DNA from: Camelus ferus
Lineage: Eukaryota
NCBI RefSeq assembly: GCF_009834535.1
Contig: NC_045697.1
Span: 93,126,001 to 93,190,000 of the forward strand
Reading direction: 5' to 3'
DNA length: 64,000 nucleotides
The notes under the pieces are model-generated. The model searched no databases. It was not told the origin of the DNA and was given only the letters and a program-made list of their open reading frames with translations. Numbering within the stretch: the stretch's first letter is position 1; each line of letters starts with the position of its first letter. Positions 25,071-39,420 of the stretch are shown piece after piece. The position numbers and the translations under genes are program-made.

Positions 25071-28000
25071 GTCACTAGCCTGTATCAAGATTTTGCAATA
25101 ATTCAACATGTACATTCTCATTTCTCTCTGATCCTCCCTCAAGTTCCACATCAGACTATACTTCATCTTTGGCTGCCTGGCTGAGTTCAGGGCATATGCT
25201 ACCAGACTGAAGTTATAATTGTTAGGAAGGTCTGTCTCCGACTATCTTCAGAGAATGGTGAGGATCTACCCTGAATGGGAATCTTCCTAGGACACATACA
25301 ATCTAATTAAAGTTGATTATGCATTCAACACCACGGAAATATATAGACAAAAAAAGCAAGCCTACTAAAAAATGAGTTACCACTAACACAGCCTCAAATA
25401 AAACACTTAAAATTTGAACTTATGTTATTAAGGGCAAACATCTTTTTTTTTTCTGACTGCAACTTGTATTAGATGTGTCAGGTCTGTTGAATTGACACCC
25501 CTTAAACAGGCCTAACATTGATGTGAGCAATGAAACAAAATGAACCAGGTTCTGTAACCATGGCACAGCAAATAATCATACAGCGCTAACCCAAATGTTA
25601 ACCCTGATTGTACGCCCTAAAAACTCATCTCTGCTTAAATCCACTAGGATTTAAAGAGTTAAAAAGGCAGCAATCCTAAGGTTCTGGGTTCTACAGGCAG
25701 GTCTCTCACTTCAAACAGAGAGATGACTACAACTCAATAAAAAAATGTTAACAAAACAAAACAAAAAACCCCTCTGGATCGGGCTTTTTGTCTCTGTGAG
25801 GAATAAGAGGGGCCCCACAGGGCTGCAACCACTCACACCAGGCTGCTTTGTGAACAGCCAAATTTGATCTAGCATTCATGATTCTGTCTCTAGAATAAAG
25901 AAATTATCAGAAAAGAGAACAGTAATGTTTATAAATGGAATGTAAACATGAAATGAATTTTTGTCTCTAAATGTTCTTGTTATAGAATATCATTTCCCAA
26001 AGCCTCCTTTCCCCTGTTACACCCACAGAACATAGATTTAGAAAGATGTTCCAGAGAAATAATTTTTGAAAATTTTCTGAAATAAAATGAGGAACCTTGA
26101 CATTCTATGTTCTCCAAGATTCATGATGCACCTAAGAAACATGAAAGCTCCCAAATCCCTATAATAGAGCTTAATATATTACGTGCCCTCAAATTTGTTT
26201 TCCCAACAAATTCCTTGTTGGTAAAAAGTATAACTATACCATGGAATTATTTTCCAGCTAAAACACACAGGAAAACACTGCCTTAATGTTCTTTTCTTTA
26301 TGAATGAGCAGAACACGTTTTACTAATTTTCATGTGTGTGGAAACTAATGAGGAAAATCTTAGACCTAGGACTACAGAGAAGCTATTTAGGCCAGTTAAA
26401 CTCTTCATGATTGGAAAATCATTTGTATTGGATATGACTGAAATGTGTATTTTACTTAAGATCAAATCTATTTTGTATTAAGAAAGAAAATAACCAAATG
26501 CAAAAAAGAAAAATGTGTGACTAAACAAAATTGTAAGAGGATCTTGACATTTTGCTATTTTTTTTTATTCTGTCTTCAGTGTGATATATTATTTGATTCA
26601 ACATTTTGGTTCAGTGAGCTATGACAAGTGATTGAATGCATTTCGTAAATTTTGAAGTAATAAATGCTTAAGAAATATAACTGAGAGTATTGTACTTACA
26701 CAAACTAGTGATTAGGCTATTACAGCTTTCAATCATAGAAAAGTTTCACATTACCTACTTTGCCAAGTCACTGTGATTTTATGATGATTTGAACACGAGT
26801 AACAATAAAAGAAAACAGCATTGATTGATGGTGATGGTGCTATGAAATCATTAGGGATTCAAAAGACTTCAAATTGAGAGTTCAATTCAAAATTCAGCCA
26901 TCAGAGTCAATGGACTCTGAACCTATGAAATGACAATAAATTGCATATATACTTTAGTTGAAGCTATCTCTGAATTACATATAAAGATCAATGAATTATA
27001 TAACTTTTATTCATCCAATAAAGAGATCATTGCCCCCAAAGCTTGTCACTCTGATGCTAGTAAAATGAGAACACACATTTTGGGACACAGAAAGACACAA
27101 ATCCTACATTATAAAAGTAAAAAGTAGTATGTGGTTTTATGAAGTGATTCCTAAATGTTAGTCTTCCAGAGAAAGTGAACATTATAAAATAAATTTTAAA
27201 TAAATTCTATTCTGTATCATGATCCTTACTGAATGAATATGTTCCATTCCTGTTACTTTACTTAAAACTAACTTAATAGAAACAGAAAATCTCTCTTTAA
27301 AATAAAATTTTAAAATGGCTTGCCTATTTATAGTAACATTAACCAAAATATTACTACAATTTTTTCCTGAAATACTGTTAGGAAGTCCATAAAGATAAAA
27401 GAAATGTTCAATCTTTGGCTTTACAAGTATGGAATGGTAAAAATACAGATGCAAAGCACTAAAATCATCGCGAGGAACTCACTTTAGAAACTTAGAAGAC
27501 ATTTTTCACCAGCATTCTGAAGTCTCCGAAGAACGACCTTGTGCAATCCATTTATATCATAACAAAGTCCCTGAATAGCAACAAAATCACAAATCATAAT
27601 AATAAATACAATAAAGCAATTTTATACAAATGCACAAACCTGATAATCTATGCTGATAGGGTAGAAAATAATTACTTGCTTCCCTAAAGAAAGGCAGCTG
27701 TAAATTATTCAGGGGATACTCCAGCACTGATGGAAACATTTCCTTTGTTTTGTATTTTAGCTTAAATAATTCTCTATCAGTACTTAGACAGTCTTATTAT
27801 TTCTCCATAATTATGGATAGCCTGGTTATCCTTCAGTTGTCACATCCACATTTACTTTCTTTCAAGAATGCTCTTTACTCCAAAGGTCTTTTTCCTTTTC
27901 TTTTTTAATTGATCTTACTTAGGAAAACAGTTATGACTTTCCTTGAATAAAATGACCAATTTCTGAACAGTGAAGAAATTGATTGCTAGAGTGCCAGAGA

Positions 28001-28414
28001 CCTAAAGCATGCACAGAACACACACATATACCCCTTCTTTCTCTGGCATCCATCTAGCTAGCTAGCTAAGTTGATGAAACGTGATATGGACATATATACT
28101 GAAAACGGAGTGTGCTAGCAAAAAAGCTCAGGATGCTATGCTATGCTAGACCAAGGCATGGGCCAATAGCATGTCAAGGCAAGAATTAATCCCCTGGAAT
28201 GTTCCATTGCTTAATTCTCATAAAGCATTGTTTTTCCTGTACCTGCCATGTGTCAACTACTCTGGTAAATATTTTGCACATTTTTATTACCTCACTTGTT
28301 ATTCTACAAACCAGTCAATAATCATCTCAATGAACATTTTTTCTTACTTTTTCCATTTTGTTTGTGACTTTTTTTCTGTAATGCTACTTAGTACTTTAGT
28401 CTGATAGTCGCTAG

Positions 28415-29130
28415 TGATAATAATGAAAACTACATTTTATTTAACATTTACTCTGTGCCCACACTGGTTTAAATATTTTATATACAGTTTTTCATTTAAT
28501 TATTTCAATGTTGCTGTGAGGTAGATAATAGTTACTCTAATTTTATAGATAAAGATAGTAAACGTTAAAGAGATAACTCACTTCCATATTATCTATATTG
28601 TCTTATGCTCTTCTTTTAGACCTGCTACTCAAATCATTTTGTACTGAAAATAATTTCTGTTGAAGAATGACAAGAAGCTGTGATGTCATACTGATTATGG
28701 CTTTGCTAATTACTAATTAGGTGAATCTGAACAAGTAACAATTATGTCTGGAATTCACTTTATATATCCGTACCATGGGGACAGCAATACGTAATGAAAG
28801 CTATGACTTGAGGACAGAATAAAAAATGCATGTAAAGCCTACAGCATAAGCCTGGCAGATTCTAATCCATCAATAATGTTAGGCACTAAGATTATAATTG
28901 AAGAAGGCACAGTTTGATTATGTAAAAACAAGTTTACAATTTAGAGGCAGATTGAGTCTGGTCACATTTAATAACTATTCCCTCACTAAGCTCAGTATCA
29001 GATTGCTCAACTGTTGTATGAGTAAGCTAATGTCACCTACCCTGTGATTATTTTGAGGGTTAATTTAGATAATTCCAATAAAACATTTAGAGTGCCAGAC
29101 AGAATAAGTATTCAGTAACTGTTAGTTCTT
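28415..29130. mobile_element. Cluster of three decayed MIR SINEs (~28415-28585 minus; ~28695-28885 and ~28940-29130 plus)
   Basis: MIR core and tail motifs: tgtgaggtagata..ttttatagataaaga; gcatgtaaagcctacagcataagcctggca; aaacatttagagtgccagacagaataagtattcagtaactgttag. Confidence 0.6.
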
Positions 29131-30529
29131 TTCATTTTTACTATTAATTTGACATCTTTCACATTCATTGAAGAAAATTTAACACCTATTTTTCTGACTC
29201 TTTTAGTCCTAGAAATTCTATTTGCATATATATATATATATATATATGGTTTGTATTTTCTACTTTCCTTTCATACAATCAAACCAATTTCTGTTTGGTC
29301 TTCTGAAATTTGGTGTCATTGATTGACATTCACTTGCAAACTTTGCTTAGGCCACCTAAATTACATTACTTATTTTCTTTCCTTATAATCTAATGGCATT
29401 CTTTTATTTGCTTTTCACCATCTGACTTGCTAATCCAACTAAGTCATAGGTAACACAACACACAGATAACACAATCTGAGGAAAATATCTGATTAACTGC
29501 CTCATTTTACGTATGTGTTAAGTGAACATCAAGCAGAATAAATGTCTGGCAAAAACATATAATCGGTGTATTATTTATAAAATTCTTAAAAGCTGCTTTA
29601 GTCAAGGAAGATAGTCTACACTATTAAATGTGTACTAATAGTTAAATTAACATAGTAATATTCCTAAAAAAGAATACAAAGTCAAAGAAGTGTAAAAATA
29701 TGTAAATCTTTTGGACAACTATTCTCCGACAGTTACTTTCTATATTAAGAAACTTACTAGTAAATTGCAACAAGAAAAATCACCAAGTAAAGAGAATAAT
29801 TTTAGGGGTAACAAAGTAAAAAAATGTTTTTTTCTAGCACAATTCAGAAATGGCATGATTTTAATATCAACAATAATATGATTTTACTGTGTTCTGTCAC
29901 ATCAAATGGTTTCAAAGGAGATAATGTGTGAAGAAATGACATTTTACTTCAGAGTGATAATTATCAGCTATATTCCACAACAGACAGATCACTACAAAGC
30001 AATAATAGTGCCTATTATGATTCAAGAATACTTTTATGTGAAGTTATTCATATTTGAAGGATGATTGTATTGATGACAAAGATAAAATAACAGCACTTAG
30101 TAATAATAGCATGTTCCATTTTTTTTTGTTTTGTTTTCTCCTGAAAGATCCTAGGGTTATATATTTGAAAGTTTCTCTTCATGCAATTGTGGAAGGCAAG
30201 TAAAATATCAAATTATTTCTAGGAAAAGGTAATCGAATCTTTTTAACAGCAAGACAGTGTGATCTGCAGAATGAGATGCTTTCTTTGAAAAGCAAAGTCA
30301 TGACTTCGCAACATACTCCAGGAGAAAAACAAAATCAGTGGCATAGACAAAAACAACAGAAATCAGTGTTTTCTAGCATATCAGTGTTTTCCAAGTTGAA
30401 AATCTTTTAATGATTCATTCTTCACTGACTCATTTAACACCAGGAATTAAACAGTAACAAACATTTTCATGATTATCATAGATTAATTGTTCTGATGGTA
30501 AATAATTTTTGAGAGTAAAAAAAAAATAC

Positions 30530-31850
30530 AAGGTAAGTCACAAATATTTTTAAAACTAGAGGACATGGATGAGTCAAAACAAAGATACAATTTACCAAAA
30601 ATGATCCAGAAGAAGTGGAAATTTTGGTATAAAAATTATCTCGGAGCCAATTAGAAAGGTGAAGATTTGTAGTTGAAATGCCATTAAGGTCAGACATAAA
30701 GATACCTACATTCTAAAGATCTGATAAGCCTAATATTATGTAAATTACCGTAGAAAATAAATGCAATTCTTTCCTGATCAAGGTGTGAAATTAGCATAAA
30801 TTTAATGTCAAAATCTTATATATAATATAAAGAAAATCTTAGGATAACCTAATTCTGATTATTGTATTGTAAACTTATTTTAAACATAAGCTAAAAGAAC
30901 ATAGCAATGAATCAAAATAAAATACATCAATATAAAAAAATTTTTCCTTGATATATGAGAATCAATCTACATAAACAAATTATTAAATGTCAATAAACTA
31001 AAGAGGAAAGCTATGTTGACATTACTAGCATTTATAAATGCTAGAATATCATTTATAAAAATCAGCAGCCATCCCTTATTCAAATTCTAAACAAAATGAG
31101 AATAAAATAGAACTATGTATTTATCACTGTCAATTTTCAAATCTCAACAGCAAATATTTTCCTAATTTGGTGAAATATAAAAATGAATTTGATTACCATC
31201 AGAATCTGAGAGGCCTAATTTCTCTCAACATTATTTCTTGGCATTGTTTTGAAAGTCCTAGCAGCATCAGAAGACAAGAATATAGAAGAGCATGTTTTTG
31301 TGGACAATAAGTTGTATATCTGAGAAAACCAAGCTCTAGAAAAAAGAAAATCAAGCATTCACTAGATTAATAGCTAAATCACTGCATTTATAATAGCAAC
31401 AAAACTGTGAAAAACTGTGAATAAGTTTAATAATAAAATCTAGGAACTACCTGATGAAATTAGAAGACTCTACTGAAATTTATAAAACAGAATTTAAGTG
31501 TAATGACATAAGAATATGTTTATGAATATTGTCATGAAAAATTCAGATGAAAAACATGTATACTATGATACATTAAGTATGTAAATACAATTGTCATGAG
31601 AACACCATGTACTTTTGTATGGTTTACATTATGTTTGAATTGAAATAAAATAATATTAAGGTTTATATAAAAGAACACATGACAGAGATTTTAAAAGGAA
31701 AAGTGATGATAATTTGCCTTATTAGATATAAATGACTTGTAAAAGTCATTCTGGTCAAATCAATAAAGTATTGATATAGGAACAGACAAAAACATCATCA
31801 AAACAAAATACCTGAGGACAACTCCAAAAATAATTTGATCTAAGCTGGAA
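30530..31850 (+). mobile_element. Heavily decayed L1 ORF2 remnant (L1ME/L1M-like)
   Basis: Degenerate AFDKIQHPFLIKTL-like (~31045-31100), PLLFNIVLEVLA-like (~31225-31265) and LFADD-like (~31295) motifs in order. Confidence 0.7.
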
Positions 31851-32157
31851 CTACAATACATTTGTATAGTATTTTCATGGTCTGTCTTCCATTTTTATGT
31901 AGCAGGGATTCCATTCCATTCACTATAATCATTTCTTGTATCAATTTTCAACTGTCTGTCCTTCTTCCCTCATATTTGCCTGATAGGTAATTGCAACACT
32001 CCCCAGATATTTCACTAAGTAATTCCAGCTTTTCAATCCACAAAACAAAACAAAGAGTAGAATTCTCCTTGGAGAGTTTTTAGAATATTCTAACTCTAAA
32101 TTCATTATCACTAACTTCACACAAGCCCTTTTGTGCTCATTATACACTTCCTTAATC

Positions 32158-32371
32158 CAGACTTTTTCAGCCTTGGCACTTTGGCCCAGGTAATTCTTTG
32201 TTGTGGGGACTGTCCTTTGCTTTGGAGGATGTTGAGCATCCCTGATCTCTATTACTTAGATGCCCAGAGCACACCCCTCCCCTCCAACTGTGACAAACAC
32301 ACACAACTCTAGACATTGCCAAATGTCTGCAGGGTGGAGGGCAAGCAAAATCACCCATTTGAGAACCACTG
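32158..32371. mobile_element. MER20 hAT-Charlie MITE
   Basis: ctagacattgccaaatgtc..gcaaaatcacccatttgagaaccactg terminus. Flanking 8-mers ccttaatc and ccctgatc match at 6 of 8, consistent with a hAT TSD. Confidence 0.88.
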
Positions 32372-32474
32372 CCCTGATCCATTCTTTAATGTGATTATCC
32401 AATTATGACAGACTCAGAGAAGATGATTAATAAATCTTTGTTGCAGGTATAAATGTATCTGACAAAGAGTTTAT

Positions 32475-33710
32475 TTCTTTTTTTTCAATTTTTGTTTTTT
32501 TTTTTAATAAAAATGTACTTTATTATAGTGAGAACACTTAATATTTGATCTATCCTCTTAAAATTTTAAGTGTACATTATTATTGACTATAGGTACAATG
32601 TTGCACAGCAGATCTCCAGAGTTTACTAATCTGGCTAAATTGAAACTTAATGCCTATTAATGATTAACTCCCCATTTCCCTTTCCACCCAGACCCTGTCA
32701 ACCACCATTCTTTATGTTGCTTCCTTGAACTTGGCTATTTTAGATCCCTCAAATAAGTGGAATCATACAGTGTTTGTTCTTGATAACTGGTTTATTTCAA
32801 GTGACATAACATCCTGTAAGTTCATTCATGTTGCTGCATTACAAACATTTCTGATTTTTAAAGGCTGAATAGTATTCCCTTATGTGTATATACATACTAT
32901 AGTTGCTTTTTTTTTTTCCTATTCATCTATTGATGGATATGGAAGTTGTTTCCAATCTTGGCTATTGTGAAGAGTGATGTAGTAAACATGGAAGTACAGA
33001 TATCTCTTTGAGATGATGATTTCTATTCATTTGGATAAATACCCAGAGGTAGGATTGCTGGATAATATGATGGTTATATTTACAAATTTTTGAGGAACCT
33101 CCACATTGTTTTCCATGGAAACTGTGTCACTTTTCATTCCTACCAACAATATGTCTATGTTCCAATTTATTCACATCCTCACCTACACTTGTTGTTTTGT
33201 GTTTTGGATAACAGTGATCCTAATAGGTCTGAGGTATATCTCATTGTGGTTTTATCTGCATTTTCTTGATGCTTAGTGACATCAAGCAGTTTTTCATGTA
33301 TATGTCAGTCATTTTATCTTTGGAGAAATATCTAACCAGGTCTTTAGGGTTATCATTTGTTTGTTTTTTTGTTTTGTTTTGTTTTGTTTTGTTTTGTTTT
33401 GTTTTAAACTATTTAGTTACAGGAGTTCTTTATATGTTTAAAATACTAACCTCTTATCAGATAAATGGTTTGCACATATCTTCTCCCATTCCATAGGTTG
33501 CCTTTTCACTCTGTTGAATGTTTCCTTTGCTCTGGAGGATGTTTTTAGCTTTATGTAGTCTAGCTTGTTTATTTTTCTACTTGTTGCTATGTTTTTGGTA
33601 TCATATCCATTTAACCTTTGTCAAGACCAATGTTATGAAGCTTTTCCCCAGTGTCTTCTCCTCAAGAGTTTTTCAGTTTCAGCTCCTACACTTAAATCTG
33701 TTTACTATTT
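32475..33710 (-). mobile_element. 5'-truncated L1 (L1MA8/L1MA9-like 3' end)
   Basis: T-rich tail, then ataggtacaatgttgcacagcagatctccaga, ggataaatacccagaggtaggattgctgga, tttttgaggaacctcca, ttctcccattccataggttgccttttcactctgttg. Internal (GTTTT)n at ~33357-33405. Confidence 0.92.
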
Positions 33711-36440
33711 AAGTTTATTCAAACTGATCAAAAAAGACAGTCATTTGATTAATTAACAATATATGAGCAGATAAGTCACCAAATGAGTAACATAAATTTC
33801 AGTGATAAGTAGGAACTTGTAAATAAACTCACAGTGATACATAGTTTACTGATCATGGAGGCAAAGTCTGAAAATATAGGGCCATGTGGTCCTAATAGCA
33901 CTACTGACATTGTTGGGGGCACAGGAGAGCTTTCATATATTGCTATCAGTGCTTTGCTACAAATTTTTGGAAAGGAATCTTAAGTAATGCTACACATGGG
34001 AACTACTTTACATAAATCATACCACACTATGTAAATATATATATTGAACCACTTTAAATGTAGATGGAAATAATGTGAAGAACTTGGATAATTATTCATA
34101 GGAAATAGCTGTACCAGAAGGTTTTAGGGAATTCAGATCCATTTTTTGGTGATCATTGCTAAAGTATCCATCTTCCTAGTCTAGAACATCACAGAAATTT
34201 TCATTTGCATTCCTTCACTCCCTGAACATGGTTCTGAAGCCTGAGATAGTAACCACAGAGTTTGTTTGTTTGTTTACTCTTTCTGAGGTATTGAGCTTGT
34301 TCAGGGAAAGTAGATCCCACAGTGCTTTCCATAATAAGAATTTATCAAGGGAGTTGTCACCTCCATAAATTCTTCATATGAGACTTACTCCCTTCTCTAA
34401 AGGTACAATGTTGCCTTCTCTCCTCAGAGCTTTGTAGTAGTGTTCTTACCCACTGTTCTTATAGGATGATGATTTCTACAGAGTTAAACTTCTTTGGTTC
34501 CTAACAAATCCAGAAAATGACATTCTTTGCAGATGAGGTCTAAGTTTCATAGTTTTTAGCTGCAAAATATAACATGTTTACCAGCTTCCTAACACAGGTG
34601 AATATTTCTTAAATACATGTTAATATTTAAATGATAAACTATTAAGAAGCAAGAACAGATATCCCTTTGTTAATTTAAAAATGTAAAGTGAGATGCACTA
34701 TGGACAAGTGAGGGCTAGGGCTAACCTAAGGCAAAATAGAACTGATTCTACTACCAGAAACATCATTTCTTTGCAAACATGTAAAAGTCTTATAAATCCT
34801 ACATAACAACTGAAAGCAAAATGAGGAGAAGTACTCTAATACGAAAGAAATTTGAGCTTATTTTCAGGCACAGTACCTTGAAAATCAGAAAAAAGTAAGG
34901 ACCGGCCTGACTTAAGAGAAAGCTGTGATTTTATTTGTTACGTGATGTCCAATAGCATTAACAAAGGAAAGATGTGGGCAGTCTCTCATTCAAATGATCA
35001 CTTTTTTAAAAATAACATTTATTAAGATTCAAAATTCCTTATTTTACTGAAATATTTTGCAATATTATGCTCCCTCCCTTTAATTTGAAAATATCAAAAG
35101 AATCAACCTTGACCCACTTCCCTCCATTAGATCTGTCTACAGTGGCCTCAAGCTTTTCTTCAAATGGGTAATTCATTCTTAGGTTCTCATATTCTGGCTA
35201 AAATACCATGAGTGAGCTTTCATTAAATACCAATGCAGAGGCTAAATCCCTAAATCCTAGTTAATTTTATCAGAATGTCTGGACTAAATCACAAACATCA
35301 CTATTTTCTTTTAATTTCTTAAATGATTATAATATATTTGCCAGGATCATGGAACAAAAATATAAATATTCTAAAACAGTGAGACAGATGATACCCAATA
35401 ACAAACAGCAAAATATTTTTGGATGGATCTTTACATTAGGTCATTCTTGGTCACATATGAGTTCTCCATAATATCAAGAATCAGTAGATTAAAAAGTCTC
35501 ATGAAATCAAATATTTTTTCTACACATTAAATAAAGCAAAGTAAAGGAGAAACATTACAAGGAAGCAGAAACTGCAGTTTTTCAACTAGTAGTTTCAATT
35601 AATGGGTGAAGAAATTCAGACGGAGTATTGGATGTTGCATGTCTAATTCTGGCATCAACATGGAAGAACATATTAACCAAAACCAGATTTTATTCAATGC
35701 TTAGGTAATACACACAAACACACACACACTTTGGGTACTCTTCTTTCTTGGGCAAAGTTATGAAAATACATTAGGAAAATGTATTGCTCTCAAGAGCTTA
35801 AATTCTTATGGAAAGAGACTTAAAAAAAAAAAAAGGGAAAACACAGCCAAATAAAGACAGTGTGAAAACAACAAATCTAGTTAATGTGACAGTGCTACTT
35901 GTGATACAATGATCAGTTAAGATCTTTACAAATAACTGGAACTTAAATAAAGTGATCAGTCACTTTAAACTCTGGGAGATAATGCCCCACTAGAAAAGGT
36001 TGGCAAAATCCCTAGAGAACAATGTGACGTTTTCCAGGAGTAGAAAGAAAGTAAAGGTGAGAGCAGAAAAGTGACACGTGTGTAGGTTCAGAGAGTGAAG
36101 CAGGGGCAGTAGAGAAAACGCTTCTCATGCAGCAGGCAGTATTTTAATATTTATTCTACTTTCAAAGCACAGCCAGTGCTGGGTTGGGGAAAAGGGTAGC
36201 ATAATGTGATTTACATTTTGTAAGTATCTTTCTGATTGTTGTGAGAAAAATTTGGGGTGAACGTGAATGAAAGGAATGGGAAACTTTAGCCCTAGGAAGA
36301 CATGATAAGAGCTTAGACTTATTAAGATTTTAATAGTATAGAATGGGATCTATATACTAGAAAGGAACATTAGACCTCTATCTTTTAAGTAGATATCAGT
36401 AATGGTTTTCTTAGACCAACTGAAGTCTCATCTGAAGAAA

Positions 36441-36500
36441 AATATTATTTTACCATTAAATATTATTTTACCAATAAATATTATTTTACCATTAAATATT
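36441..36500. repeat. 18-bp minisatellite (aatattattttaccatta, ~3.3 copies)
   Basis: Direct repeats with one substitution in copy 2. Confidence 0.9.
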
Positions 36501-37549
36501 CCCATATAATTCCATTAAGTGGTAATTATATATCTATAGACTAATGATTGAAGATATACCTAACATTTTGTTTAATGGATAGATTGCTGAAATACATCTC
36601 ACATAGATTCAAATTATTGGCACTGTTTTAAAAAATCCAATTTGTAAATATATAGATTTCTGGTTAACTCTGAAAAATTGAGACTGTCTAGAGACAGTGA
36701 ATTTTTAAAAATTCCCACCAGAAACCAACTGTGGGAACTAAATAATAGGTATCCCACTGAGCTGGTGCTTTAATTACCCAATTTACCATGCTTTTTTTCT
36801 TTATTCATTTATGTTTCCTACCTGGCTACTGTTGGCATAATTTTCATATACTTTGAGTGTCAAATGCTGTAAGAAAAAGACCAGAAGTAACTACTTCTGG
36901 AAGAAACTTGAACTGAAATCTGCTAGATTATTATCACTGTTTGATAAAAGAGTATGCTTCTTTCTTTTCAAGAAGAAAGTTTGGTTCTTAAATTTTTATT
37001 TTGCATTGTTCTATTTTAAATTTACTGTTATCTCATGTAATATGGCTGAGTGCCAATGAGCTTGTCACCATAACTGAATTCAATCAGCTTTTCTATCCCT
37101 TGTTCTAGGATTCTGCTGTAAAAAGCTCATGTGATGTCATAGCTACAACACTGTGCAAATAACAGCATCCCTTCCATAAACAATAAAGGACAGGGAATAT
37201 GAATTAAAGAGGAAAAAGTCTGTCTACTGTATTCTCACTGAACTGGCACACAACAGACTAGACTTCTCCTGCATGTAATTTCTAATATCCAAAAGAACGC
37301 GTAATTACATTTTAAAATGAATAAAGTTGGGGCTGGGTACGAAATCAAATTTTTTCCCTAGAACCACTAGCATATTTGTTATTACTACTCAGGTATAAAA
37401 TCTGAGGCTCGCAGAATAAAGTGACTTGTACAACAACAAATAAGTTTCTAAAAGTGGGGGCAGGATTTGTTTTTTTGTTTTTTTCTGCTACATCACCCTG
37501 CCTGCCACAGAATATCCCCAAGATCTAACTCTTAAAATAGTGAGTCCCG

Positions 37550-37915
37550 TTTCAGACATAACAGGCTACACTTTGCTACAATATGAAACAACTCTAAATT
37601 TCCGTGCTTTAAAATAAAGACTTATTCTTAGTCACTCTACATGTACAATGATTTGGGTTTATTCTTTGTTGTGTTTTTTCAGGACCTAGGTCGATGGAGC
37701 AGTTCTCTTTAGAGCACTGTCTTATCACCAAGGCGAAGCAGAAAGAAAACTGTCAACCATAAACTGGCTCTTTAGGTTTCTGTTCAGAAGCAACAAATGT
37801 CACATTCCACTGGCCAGAGCAAATCAGTTGATGATGCCTGAGATGGGTGATTGGCATGTATTATCATTTCAGAGAAAGTGCTGCTAAATATTTTTGAACA
37901 ATGCAGCCTGCCAGG
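37550..37915 (-). mobile_element. Old MaLR LTR (MLT1K/L-like)
   Basis: caggacctaggtcgatggagcag..ctggctctttagg..cacattccactggccagagcaaatca resembles the recalled MLT1K/L consensus. Confidence 0.6.
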
Positions 37916-38919
37916 AAACCATTATAGAAACTACACTCTTAGAGAATATGCACTGGAATAAATCATAAAATAGTAGATAATGATTGAATCAATGAATATC
38001 ACATAGTGAAATCTAAGACTTTCAGAGTTGGGTCATAATTGCAGACTGTAATCAGAACCTAAATGGGCAAGTCTGGCAGACTTTGGGGAAAATTCTGTGA
38101 CTATAAAACTTGAACAAAGTTGAAATGCTCAGACTTTTCAAGACAGATTTTTAAAATGTTGAGTAAATAACAAAATAAATTAATTTAATGATGTAAAATA
38201 TATGGGTGATAATGGGGAAATATTCCAAAGCAATATAGTGGCCATACTGTAGAGCTCTTTAGACATCAGATATTTAAGAGAGAACAAGAGAGATGGTACT
38301 CATTAGCAAGTGCATCAAAATTATCAATATTTTCTCTTAAGATGTGTCCTTATTATGTTTGAAAATGAGACCTTTCTCCCCTGCAGTAGAGACTGAAAGG
38401 ACAGTCACTGAACTCAAATCTCCATGAATGTTTCTCTTTTCCAAATGAGGTTTTCTATTGCTCATCATTTTGAATGTCTGCCAGACCACTTGGACTCTCA
38501 GTCGGCAGGACAACACAGATGTCTATGTGCTGCTGAACAGCTTTCAGGTGAAATAATGTCCAAGGCAAAAAAGTAGAATTGACATTCAGCATTCTGATGA
38601 AAGTACTGGGCTCTTTATTCATCAGATGAATAACATTTGAAGCAAGCAGCTTTTTCTATATATACATACATATATATATGTTTTCTTGAATAGGTCACCA
38701 TATATCCTGCTAGAAAATTGTAAACTTCCTTTTGAGACAATTTAGCACTTTGTCTCTTTCCATATATCAAAGATGTGTCTTTCTTAATTTGGAATGCCTA
38801 GTGGATTTTATGAAGAATTTTGCCATATTTTGTGTTTTTAACTTATTTATGATCCTTGAAAACTTGTTTTTTTTTCCATTGCATTTAATAAAACTTAGCA
38901 GCAAGCAAAAAATCACATT

Positions 38920-39420
38920 TCCACATCACTGTTGATTGCATTAAAAAAGACAGCATATTCATTTCACCACGCTTAGCACATGTGTAGCAGTTCCATGTAC
39001 CAGGTGGGCATAATTAGGTTGGAATGTGGTTTGGCTGAAAAATAATTTCCTATTGGCTACATTATGCTTCTGCAGCATCCCCATAGAGAAGGAAGTAAAA
39101 AGCAATATTATTGAGAAGCTTTTAGAAAATATTTGATAGGCAACCATGGTTAAGTTTATGCAAATGAAGCTTTAAAACGCCGACATTCTAGGGCCGTATA
39201 ATTAAGGAGAGCAAAGATTGTTTTAATCAGAAAATTTTCTAAAATCAGCCGTTTAAACAAAAGGATTTGATCAATTTAATCTTGATAACTGATTTACTGA
39301 ATTGTTCTGTTTCATTGACAAGTTTGTAAATCATTTACACAGCAAAGCAGTTACTTGGTAACAAAGTTGACATAAATAATAATTGATTTTATATTAACCC
39401 AGCAAACTGGCCCATTTATT
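38920..39420. promoter_or_regulatory. Candidate conserved developmental enhancer
   Basis: Apparently repeat-free. Octamer ATGCAAAT at 39158-39165, TAATTA twice, inverted TGATTTAC pair (39290-39297 and 39326-39333) around TGACA (39316-39320), and local CpG retention. Confidence 0.4.

Noticed and set aside
33266..33756. Hydrophobic ORFs here and at 50310-51389
   Set aside because: They are antisense readings of L1 ORF2 and 3' UTR.
38584..38631. Hairpin tctgatgaa..ttcatcaga containing CUGAUGA (hammerhead or C/D-box-like)
   Set aside because: No GAAA after a stem II and no properly placed D box. A 9-bp stem is expected by chance.
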